Shown here: positions 46,900 through 55,218 of the stretch, one piece after another | Layout of the letters: each line of letters starts with the position of its first letter | Position numbering within the stretch: the stretch's first letter is position 1 | NCBI GenBank assembly: GCA_963725865.1 | Contig: CAVSAC010000012.1 | Span: 480,001 to 544,000, forward strand | Reading direction: 5' to 3' | Source: Candidatus Eiseniibacteriota bacterium | GTDB taxonomy: Bacteria; Eisenbacteria; RBG-16-71-46 | DNA length: 64,000 bases | Made by a program: the position numbers and the translations under genes | Notes under the pieces: model-generated | What the model saw: the letters and a program-made list of their open reading frames with translations, nothing else | Databases searched by the model: none | Told to the model about the DNA's origin: nothing

Positions 46900-48878
46900 A
46901 CGTCGACCGCCGCTCGCTGCCCGAGGTGCACCGCACCATCGAGATCCCGCACGCGGGCTCGTGGCTCCGCCGCATGTTCGCGTTCGCGGGGCCCGCGTAC
47001 CTGGTCAGCGTCGGCTACATGGACCCCGGCAACTGGGCCACCGACCTGGCGGGCGGCGCACGCTTCGGCTACCAGCTCGTCTGGGTGCTGGTGCTCAGCA
47101 ACCTGATGGCGGTGCTGCTCCAGACGCTCAGCGCGCGGCTCGGCGTGGTGACCGGGCGCGACCTGGCGCAGGCCTGCCGCGAGTACTACCCGCGGCCGCT
47201 GACCGTGCCGCTGTGGCTGCTGTGCGAGATCGCGATCGTCGCGTGCGATCTGGCCGAGGTGCTGGGGGCGGCGATCGGGCTCAAGCTGCTGTTCGGCCTG
47301 CCGCTCCTGTTCGGGGTGCTCGTCACCGCGCTCGACGTGCTGCTGCTGCTCGCGTTCTCGCGCCTGGGCATGCGCACGCTGGAGGCGATCATCATCACGT
47401 TGATCGCGACCATGGGCGCCTGCTTCGGGATCGAGATGGCGCTGTCGCGCCCCGACCTGCTCGCGATCCTCGCGCACGTGCTGCCGCGCGACAGCACCGG
47501 CGCGCCGAGCCTGTTCGCGCATCCGGCCGGCGGCGGACTCTCGGTGCTCGGGCTCCACGGCGACTCGCTCTACATCGCGATGGGGATCCTCGGCGCCACG
47601 GTGATGCCGCACAACCTCTATCTGCACTCGGCGCTGGTGCAGAGCCGCGCGGTCGCGCACTCGCGCGAGGCCAAGCGCCAGGCCGTGCGCCTGAACTTCG
47701 TGGACTCGGTGGTGGCGCTCAACGCCGCGCTGCTCGTGAACGGCGCGATCCTGGTGCTGGCGGCCGCCACGTTCCACCGCGCCGGCATGCACGACGTCGC
47801 GCGGCTCGAGGAGGCGCACCGCCTGCTGACGCCGCTGCTCGGCACCTCGATGGCCTCGACCCTGTTCGCGGTCGCGCTGCTGGCGTCGGGCCAGTCGAGC
47901 ACCATCACCGGCACGCTCGCCGGGCAGATCGTGATGGAGGGCTTCCTGCGCTGGCGCATCCAGCCGTGGATGCGGCGCATGATCAGCCGCGGGCTGGCGA
48001 TCGTGCCGGCGGTGGCGTTCATCGCCGCGCGCGGCGAGGGCGCGGTCGACGACCTGCTGGTGCTCTCGCAGGTGGTGCTGAGCCTGCAGCTCTCGTTCGC
48101 GGTGATCCCGCTGATCACGTTCACCAGCGACCGCCGCGTGATGGGCGAGTTCGTGAACCCGCGCTGGGTGATCGCGCTGGCGGGGCTGGCCTCGATCATC
48201 ATCATCGGCCTCAACGCCAACCTGGTGGCGCAGACGCTCGGCACCTGGTTCGCGGCCGCCGGGCCCGGCGGATGGTGGCTGAAGCTCGTCGTGCTGCCGG
48301 TGGTCGGCGCGGTCGCGCTGCTGCTGCTCTACCTGCTCGCGATGCCGTGGCTCGCGCGGTTCGCGCCCGCGCTCGGCCTCCCCGCGCCCGAGTCGCGCGC
48401 CACGCCGGGTGCCACGGTCGCGGTGCCGGCCCACATGGCGCCGGGCGTGCCCGTGCCGTACCAGCGCATCGCGGTGGCGCTCGAGCTGGGCGAGGCCGAC
48501 CGCCCGGTGCTCGAGCACGTGCGCTCGCTGGAGCTGGGCGCGGGCGCCGAGGTGGTGCTGCTGCACGTGGTCGAGAGCGCGGCCGGCCGCTACCTGGGAC
48601 CCGAGACGCTCGACCGCGAGTCGCTCGAGGACCAGGCGGTGGTCGACGACCTGGCCGCCGAGTTGCGCGCGGGCGGCATCACCGCGACGGGCCGGCTCGG
48701 GTTCGGCAACGTGAAGAGCGAGCTCGCACGCCTGGTGCACGAGGTCGATGCCGACCTGCTCATCACCGGCTCGCACGGCCACCGCCTGCTGCAGGACCTG
48801 ATCTACGGCTCGACCACCTCGGGCCTGCGCCACCTGGTGAAGTGCCCGGTGCTGACGCTGCCGGCGCGGGAGAAGTAG
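46896..48878 (+). CDS. mntH: NRAMP divalent metal transporter with C-terminal universal stress protein domain
   Basis: GYMDPGNWATD, GATVMPHNLYLHS, SSTITGTLAGQIVMEGF; C-terminal LLHVVE...GSHGH...GST...PVL. Confidence 0.93.
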   Translation: MNVDRRSLPEVHRTIEIPHAGSWLRRMFAFAGPAYLVSVGYMDPGNWATDLAGGARFGYQLVWVLVLSNLMAVLLQTLSARLGVVTGRDLAQACREYYPRPLTVPLWLLCEIAIVACDLAEVLGAAIGLKLLFGLPLLFGVLVTALDVLLLLAFSRLGMRTLEAIIITLIATMGACFGIEMALSRPDLLAILAHVLPRDSTGAPSLFAHPAGGGLSVLGLHGDSLYIAMGILGATVMPHNLYLHSALVQSRAVAHSREAKRQAVRLNFVDSVVALNAALLVNGAILVLAAATFHRAGMHDVARLEEAHRLLTPLLGTSMASTLFAVALLASGQSSTITGTLAGQIVMEGFLRWRIQPWMRRMISRGLAIVPAVAFIAARGEGAVDDLLVLSQVVLSLQLSFAVIPLITFTSDRRVMGEFVNPRWVIALAGLASIIIIGLNANLVAQTLGTWFAAAGPGGWWLKLVVLPVVGAVALLLLYLLAMPWLARFAPALGLPAPESRATPGATVAVPAHMAPGVPVPYQRIAVALELGEADRPVLEHVRSLELGAGAEVVLLHVVESAAGRYLGPETLDRESLEDQAVVDDLAAELRAGGITATGRLGFGNVKSELARLVHEVDADLLITGSHGHRLLQDLIYGSTTSGLRHLVKCPVLTLPAREK

Positions 48879-49025
48879 CGGGCTGGAACGCCGATCGTGT
48901 CTCCTCGCCGGGTGTGCCGAGGAACCCCGCTCGCCCGTCCGCCCCCCTACTTCCCGCCCGCGCGCCCGTCCTAGAATGCCGCCTCGCCACGCCGCGCAGC
49001 CGCCGACCCGAGATCCGAGCCCCCG

Positions 49026-49526
49026 ATGCCCGAGAAGCTCCATCACGGCCGACTCACCGCCACCGTCGCCGAGGTGCTCGACGCGTGGCTCGATCTCATG
49101 CCCGATTTCGAGATGTGCGCGATCCCGGTGCTCGACGGGCAGGAGCGCCCGGGCGAGTGGCCGGCCATCCGCCGTCGCCTGCGCGCCGAGGGCATACGCG
49201 CCAGTGAGCATCGCGGCGTGCTGCTGCTGGCACCCGGCGAGCTGGACCAGCTCTCGTCGATCGGCATGCTGACCGGCACCGATGAGGTGCTGTTCGTCGA
49301 CGACTGGAACGACGAGTTCGAGACCTTCCCCGGCCGGCTCAGCAGCGACCTGACCGACTTCGAGGAGACCACGCCGCTCGGGCTCGAGGAGTGGATGATC
49401 CATGCCGGCTGCGTGCTCGCGATCGGCGACGGCAACGGCCTCAACTTCGCGACGTTCGACGCCGAGCTGGCGCAGAAGCTGCGCGCGCGCTTCGGCGGAC
49501 AGGCGCAGGGCGCGAAGCGTCGATGA
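49026..49526 (+). CDS. Hypothetical acidic protein
   Basis: Protein-like composition and ATGA overlap with the next gene; no family recognised. Confidence 0.65.
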   Translation: MPEKLHHGRLTATVAEVLDAWLDLMPDFEMCAIPVLDGQERPGEWPAIRRRLRAEGIRASEHRGVLLLAPGELDQLSSIGMLTGTDEVLFVDDWNDEFETFPGRLSSDLTDFEETTPLGLEEWMIHAGCVLAIGDGNGLNFATFDAELAQKLRARFGGQAQGAKRR

Positions 49527-50185
49527 CCCACGCGCCGGGCGGGCACTCCCGCCTCGTGCAGCTCGAGCTGGCGGGCCCGGCGGGCCGCCTCGAGGCGGTG
49601 CTGCAGGAGCGTGACGCCCACGACCACACGCTCGCGGCGCTGGTCTGCCACCCGCATCCGCTCTACGGCGGCACGCTCCACAACAAGGTGGTGCATCGCG
49701 CGGGCGCGGTGCTGCACGAGCTGGGCGCCGCGGTGCTGCGCTTCAACTTCCGCGGCGTGGGCAGCAGCGAGGGCGCGTACGACCGCGGCGGCGGCGAGCT
49801 CGACGACGCGCGCGCAGCGCTCGCGTACCTGCGCGAGCGCTACCCGCGCGCGCGGCTCTGGGCGGCGGGCTTCTCGTTCGGCGCGTGGGTCGCCGCGCGG
49901 CTCGCGGCCGCGGAGCCCGCGATCGAGCGGCTGGTGCTGATCGCGCCGCCGGTCGGCACGTTCCCGTTCGACGTGATGCTCACGCTCGCGACCCCGAAGC
50001 TGGTGATCCAGGGCGCGGCCGACGACGCCTGCCCGCCGCACCAGCTCCACGCGCAGTTCACGGGCTGGTCCGAGCCCAAGACGCTGGTCGAGGTCGCGGG
50101 GGCCACCCACTTCTTCGACAGGCAGTTGGCCGGATTGGCGCACGCGCTGGAGGAACACCTGAAGGCGCCCGCCCGGGAGGGATGA
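49523..50185 (+). CDS. Alpha/beta hydrolase
   Basis: CHPHPLYGGTLHNKVV, RFNFRGVG, GFSFG nucleophile elbow, D and HFF. Confidence 0.9.
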   Translation: MTHAPGGHSRLVQLELAGPAGRLEAVLQERDAHDHTLAALVCHPHPLYGGTLHNKVVHRAGAVLHELGAAVLRFNFRGVGSSEGAYDRGGGELDDARAALAYLRERYPRARLWAAGFSFGAWVAARLAAAEPAIERLVLIAPPVGTFPFDVMLTLATPKLVIQGAADDACPPHQLHAQFTGWSEPKTLVEVAGATHFFDRQLAGLAHALEEHLKAPAREG

Positions 50186-50189
50186 CCGC

Positions 50190-51089
50190 ATGCATCGTAT
50201 GAAGTGCGCGTTGGCCGCCGTGCTGCTCGCCGCGACGCTGGCCGGCTGCGGTGGGCACGGCGCCGCGCCCCGCCCGCACGTGGAGCCGCTGTTCTCCCTC
50301 GACCGGGTGTGGGACGACGGTCAGGCCGAGGTCGCGACGTACTCGGGGACCACGCTGCGCTACGGGACCGAGCGCTCCACCGACACCAAGTTCTACCTGG
50401 TGAAGGAGGACCTGCTCGAAGCGACCCTCGTGAAGAGCGATTCGGGCGCCGTGCAGGGGCGCACGGTCGAGGCGCTCAAGCTGAACGAGGTGATCGACTA
50501 TCCGACCGGCACGTACGCCTACCACCAGATGGCCTCGGTGTTCGCGCGGCGCTCGGACCTCGAGCTGCTCAAGGAGACCATGAGCAGCACCGAAGGCTGC
50601 GGCATCACGTTCGTGCGGGTGGGGCCCAAGGGCGGACGCCTCGTGCACACCGCGCACTCCTACCGCGAGGGCGAGGCCGACCGCGAGGTCGCGATCGAGA
50701 CCACGCACGCTCCGCTGTGGTGGGCCGACGCGCTGCCGCTCACGCTGCGCGGGCTGGCCGGCGAGACGAAGCCGTTCGAGCGCCGCGTGTGGCTGCTGCC
50801 GAGCCAGCTCGACAGCCGCAGCCCGCTCGAGCGCACGCGTCCGGTCGAGGCGATCGTGCGGCTGGTCGAGACGGTGCCGCTGTCGGTCCCCGACGGCGCG
50901 TACGCCGCGCGCCACTTCACCGTCACCACCGAGCACGGCACCGACCTGTACTGGTTCGACGTCGAAGGCGCGCACGTGATGCTCAAGATGGAGACCGCCG
51001 ACGGGCGCAAGCTGGAGCTCGTGAACGTCGTGCGGCTCGCCTACTGGGAGCACACCGCGCCGGGCGAGGAGCGCCTGCTGCTGGAGTAG
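50190..51089 (+). CDS. Conserved hypothetical lipoprotein
   Basis: Lipobox LAGC; WDDGQAEVATY...RYG...KLN...TGTY.Y..M.SVF...E.CG pattern. Confidence 0.7.
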   Translation: MHRMKCALAAVLLAATLAGCGGHGAAPRPHVEPLFSLDRVWDDGQAEVATYSGTTLRYGTERSTDTKFYLVKEDLLEATLVKSDSGAVQGRTVEALKLNEVIDYPTGTYAYHQMASVFARRSDLELLKETMSSTEGCGITFVRVGPKGGRLVHTAHSYREGEADREVAIETTHAPLWWADALPLTLRGLAGETKPFERRVWLLPSQLDSRSPLERTRPVEAIVRLVETVPLSVPDGAYAARHFTVTTEHGTDLYWFDVEGAHVMLKMETADGRKLELVNVVRLAYWEHTAPGEERLLLE

Positions 51090-51171
51090 CGCGGTGCCGC
51101 GCCGCGGCCGCCGCCGCGTTGTGGCCGCACCGCGCTGCTCGCCGCCGGTGGCCGCGCGGCGCCGAGCGCGG

Positions 51172-52098
51172 TTAAGCGTCCGCCTGCAGTCCGCCGCCCT
51201 CGATCCGCTCCTTGGCGCGCTCGCTGTCGAGCCCGGGCTCCACGTGCACGACCACGTCGCGGATGCCGGGGAAGCGCGCGCGCAGCCGCTGCTCGACGCG
51301 GTGGCCGATCGCGTGGGCGTCCTGCAGCGTCAGCGTCGGATCGAGCAGGATGTGCAGGTCGACGTGGATGTCGTCCGACGGCCCGCGCGAGCGCACGTTG
51401 TGCGCCTCGATCACGCCCGGCTCCTCGGTCGCCACCGCCTCGATCTGGTCGGCCGGCAGGCGGCGCTCGTCCGAGAGCGTCGACAGCGTGGTCTTGAGGA
51501 TGCCGATCCCGGCGCGCACGATCAGCACCACGATCACTCCGGCCACCAGCACGTCGACCCACACGAGCCGCAGCGGCGCGGCCGCGAACGAGGCGAGCAC
51601 CAGCAGGCTGGCGTACACGTCGCTGCCGGTGTGGGTGGCGTCGGCGAGCAGCAGCTCGCTCTGCAGCCGCGTGCCCTCACGGCGCTCGTACCACACCACG
51701 AACAGGTTCACGCTCAGCGTGGCGAGCAGGATCGCGAACCCGGCCGCGGTGATCTCGGGCAGCCGCGGGTGCATCAGGCGGCCGATCGCCGCTTTCGCGA
51801 TCTCCTGGCAGCCGATGAACAGCATGCCGGCGATGCCGAGTGCCGCGAACGTCTCGTACTTGCGGTGGCCGTACGGGTGGTTCGCGTCGGGCGGCCGCCG
51901 CGCGACTGCGAGGCCGATCAGTCCGACCACGTTCGACGAGCCGTCGAGCAGCGAGTGGATCCCGTCGGCGGTGATCGCGATGGCGCCCGAGTGCCGGCCG
52001 TAGAGGATCTTGGCGACCGCCACCGCGAGGTTGAGTCCCAGGATGCCCCACAGGACTCCGGCGATGCGATCGAGACGCTGGGTGGCACGCGGTTGCAC
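51172..52098 (-). CDS. Cation diffusion facilitator (FieF-like)
   Basis: ADGIHSLLD, DANHPYGHRKYE, LADATHTGSD, VDLHI, DAHAIG, VHVEP. Confidence 0.92.
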   Translation of the reverse strand: MQPRATQRLDRIAGVLWGILGLNLAVAVAKILYGRHSGAIAITADGIHSLLDGSSNVVGLIGLAVARRPPDANHPYGHRKYETFAALGIAGMLFIGCQEIAKAAIGRLMHPRLPEITAAGFAILLATLSVNLFVVWYERREGTRLQSELLLADATHTGSDVYASLLVLASFAAAPLRLVWVDVLVAGVIVVLIVRAGIGILKTTLSTLSDERRLPADQIEAVATEEPGVIEAHNVRSRGPSDDIHVDLHILLDPTLTLQDAHAIGHRVEQRLRARFPGIRDVVVHVEPGLDSERAKERIEGGGLQADA

Positions 52099-52351
52099 GG
52101 CGGATGCTCCGTTCGGGAGGGACGAGGAGGCGGCATGATGCCCCCGTGTCAGGCCCGTGGCAACTCCTCGCGCCGCTTCCGCGCGCAGGGGCGAGGCCGG
52201 TCCCACGCCCGCGCGCCCGTAGCCCGGGGTGCGGCGCTGGTCGGGGCCACCGGGGCATTCGCGAGTCGTCTGCTATCTTCGTACGTCCCTATTCCAGCAC
52301 TCATCCACGCGGCGCCCCACGCCCGTACCTGAGGACCCGGAGGTTGCGCGC

Positions 52352-53923
52352 TTGAACCGTTCCCGCTGGATCGCGCTGGCCGTCTTCGTCGCACTCGCCG
52401 CGCTCGCGGTGTTGTGGTGGCGCGCCCGCCACGCGCAGGAGGCGCCGAAGTTCCGGACCGCCCAGGTCGAGCGCGGCAGCGTCGAGCTGGTGGTCTCGGC
52501 CACCGGCACCGTGACCCCGGTCGTGCAGGTCGAGGTCGGCAGCCAGGTCAGCGGCACGGTCGCGGAGCTGTTCGCCGACTACAACTCCCAGGTCCGCAAG
52601 GGCCAGGTGCTCTGCCAGATCGAGCCGTCGTCGTTCAAGGCTCACGAGCTGCAGGCCGAGGCCGCGGTGGCGCGCGCCGAGGCCGCGCTGCTCGACGGCC
52701 AGCGCCAGTACAAGCGCGCGCAGGAGCTGATCCCCGAGAACTACGTCTCCCAGGCCGACGTGGACGCCGCCGAGGTGCAGGTGCGCCAACGCGAGGCCGA
52801 CCTCAAGCAGGCGCGCGCGGCGCTCCAGGTGGCGCGCGTGGACCTCGACAACACCACCATTCGCGCGCCGGTCGACGGCGTGGTGATCTCGCGCGCGATC
52901 GACCGCGGCCAGACGGTGGCGGCGAGCCTCTCGGCGCCCAAGCTGTTCGTGATCGCGAACGACCTGCACGCGATGCAGATCGAGACCCGCATCGACGAGT
53001 CCGACATCGGCGTGATCCAGCCCGGGCTGCCGTCGACGTTCACCGTCGACGCGTTCCCCGACGCCACGTTCCACGGGCAGGTGCAGCAGGTGCGGCTGGA
53101 GCCCATCATCGAGCAGAACGTGGTCACGTACACGACCGTGATCCAGGCGCGCAATCCCGACCTCAAGCTGCGCCCCGGCATGACCGCGAACGTGACGGTG
53201 CTGGTCTCCAGGCGTGACGACGTGCTCAAGGTCCCGAACGCCGCATTGCGCTTCAAGCCGCCGATGGACGCGAAGCGCAAGGGCGGGCGCGGCGACAGCA
53301 CCGGGGGCGCGGCGGTCGCGAGCGAGCGCGGCGCGGGCGGACGCGACGGCGGCGCGGCGCACGGCGACAGCACCGCGCGCGGCGCGGGCGGCGCGCTGGC
53401 GCCGGGCGGCGATCCGGGTGGCGCGAGCGCGCGCGGCGCCGGAAGCGGCGCGAGCTCGCCCGCGCTGGAGACCTACCGTCGCGAGCTGTTCGGCAAGGTG
53501 CGCAGCGGCGAGCTGACGCGCGAGCAGGCGACCGCATTGATGCGCGACCGCGCGGGCAGCAGCGGTGGCGAGGGCGACGGCCGCGCGGCGGGCGGTGGCA
53601 CCGGCGGCGGCGCCGCCGCCCGCAACTGGGGCGGCCAGCACCGCGGGCTGCGAACCGAGGGGGCCGATGGCGCCGCGGGCGCCGATGCGCCGGCGTTCAA
53701 GCCGGGCTCGGTGTACGTGCTGCGCGACGGCAAGCCGGTCGCGGTGCGCGTGCTCACCGGCATCAGCGACGGCGCGTTCACCGAGCTGAAGACCGACGCG
53801 CTCAAGCCCGGCGACACCATCCTCGTGGGACTCGACGTGAACTCCAAGAGCAACCTGACGCCGCCTCCGGGCATGGGCGGTCCGATGATGGGACGGGGCG
53901 GCGGCGGAGGAGGCCGGCGATGA
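52352..53923 (+). CDS. MacA/HlyD-like periplasmic adaptor with Gly-rich insert
   Basis: TTG after GGAGG; VGSQVSG, IRAPVDGVV, GQTVAASL, DESDIG, FTVDAFP, LRPGMTA, VPNAALRF. Confidence 0.88.
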   Translation: MNRSRWIALAVFVALAALAVLWWRARHAQEAPKFRTAQVERGSVELVVSATGTVTPVVQVEVGSQVSGTVAELFADYNSQVRKGQVLCQIEPSSFKAHELQAEAAVARAEAALLDGQRQYKRAQELIPENYVSQADVDAAEVQVRQREADLKQARAALQVARVDLDNTTIRAPVDGVVISRAIDRGQTVAASLSAPKLFVIANDLHAMQIETRIDESDIGVIQPGLPSTFTVDAFPDATFHGQVQQVRLEPIIEQNVVTYTTVIQARNPDLKLRPGMTANVTVLVSRRDDVLKVPNAALRFKPPMDAKRKGGRGDSTGGAAVASERGAGGRDGGAAHGDSTARGAGGALAPGGDPGGASARGAGSGASSPALETYRRELFGKVRSGELTREQATALMRDRAGSSGGEGDGRAAGGGTGGGAAARNWGGQHRGLRTEGADGAAGADAPAFKPGSVYVLRDGKPVAVRVLTGISDGAFTELKTDALKPGDTILVGLDVNSKSNLTPPPGMGGPMMGRGGGGGGRR

Positions 53924-55134
53924 ACTTCAGCGCGGTGATCTCGGTGGGCGTGACCGCGCTCACGCGGAACAAGATGCGCCTGGTGCTCACGACGCTCGGC
54001 ATCGTGATCGGCGTGGCGGCCGTGATCGCCACGCTCGCGATCGGACAGGGCGCCCGCAGCGCCGTGCAGGCGCAGATCCGCGCGATGGGCGCCAACGTGC
54101 TCATGGTGATCCCGGGCACCCAGACGGCGGGCGGCGCGCACATGGGCATGGGCGGCATCACCACGCTGACGCTCGACGACGCGTTCGCGATCCAGCGCGA
54201 GTGCCCCGCCGTCTCGGCGGTGGCGGCCACGGTGCGCACCAATGGCCAGGTGGTCTACGGCAACCAGAACTGGGGCACCCAGATCCAGGGCGTGACCGCG
54301 GCGTTCGTCGACGTGCGGCAGTGGCCGATCGAGAGCGGCGTGTTCATCACCGACTCCGACGTGCGCGGCGCCGCCAAGGTGTGCGTGCTCGGCAAGAGCG
54401 TCGCGCGCCAGCTCTACGGCGACGGCAACCCGGTCGGCACCGTGATCCGCATCAAGGAGGTGCCGTTCAAGGTCGTGGGCGTGATGTCGCCCAAGGGCGG
54501 CAGCGGCTTCGGCGACCAGGACGACGTGATCTTCGCGCCGCTCTCCACCATCCAGCGCAAGCTGCTCGGCATCACGTTCGTGCATACCCTCGTGCTGTCG
54601 GCGACCAGCGAGTCCGCGGTGAACAACGCGGTGGACCAGATCACCGATCTGCTGCGCCAGCGCCACCGCATCCGGCCCGGCGGCGACCAGGACTTCTTCA
54701 TCCGCACCCAGCTCGAGGTGGCGAGCACCGCCGAGGCGACCAGCAAGGTGATGACGATGCTGCTCGCGAGCGTGGCGGCGGTGTCGCTGCTGGTGGGCGG
54801 CATCGGCATCATGAACATCATGCTGGTGTCCGTCACCGAGCGCACCCGCGAGATCGGCATCCGCCGCGCGATCGGCGCCCGCCGCGCCGACATCCTGATG
54901 CAGTTCCTGGTGGAGTCCGCGCTGCTCTCGCTCGGCGGCGGCCTGCTCGGCGTGGTGCTCGGGGTGCTCGCCGCCACGCTGATCACCCAGATCGCGCGCT
55001 GGCCGACCATGATCGAGCCGGCCGCGGTGCTGATGGCGTTCGGGTTCTCGGCGATGGTGGGGCTGTTCTTCGGCTGGTACCCCGCGCACCGCGCGGCGCG
55101 GCTCGACCCGGTGGAGGCGCTGCGGTACGAGTGA
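53920..55134 (+). CDS. MacB/FtsX-like ABC transporter permease (no NBD)
   Basis: RNKMRL.LT.LGIVIGV, VGGIGIMNIMLVSVTERTREIGIRRAIGA, FFGWYPA.RAARLDP.EALRYE. Confidence 0.93.
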   Translation: MNFSAVISVGVTALTRNKMRLVLTTLGIVIGVAAVIATLAIGQGARSAVQAQIRAMGANVLMVIPGTQTAGGAHMGMGGITTLTLDDAFAIQRECPAVSAVAATVRTNGQVVYGNQNWGTQIQGVTAAFVDVRQWPIESGVFITDSDVRGAAKVCVLGKSVARQLYGDGNPVGTVIRIKEVPFKVVGVMSPKGGSGFGDQDDVIFAPLSTIQRKLLGITFVHTLVLSATSESAVNNAVDQITDLLRQRHRIRPGGDQDFFIRTQLEVASTAEATSKVMTMLLASVAAVSLLVGGIGIMNIMLVSVTERTREIGIRRAIGARRADILMQFLVESALLSLGGGLLGVVLGVLAATLITQIARWPTMIEPAAVLMAFGFSAMVGLFFGWYPAHRAARLDPVEALRYE

Positions 55135-55218
55135 CGCGCGCGAGCGCCGCGGTGGGACCCGGGGCGCTCGCGACGTGACGACGGGCGTCCGGCGCTGGCC
55201 GGGCGCCCGTCGCGGCAT

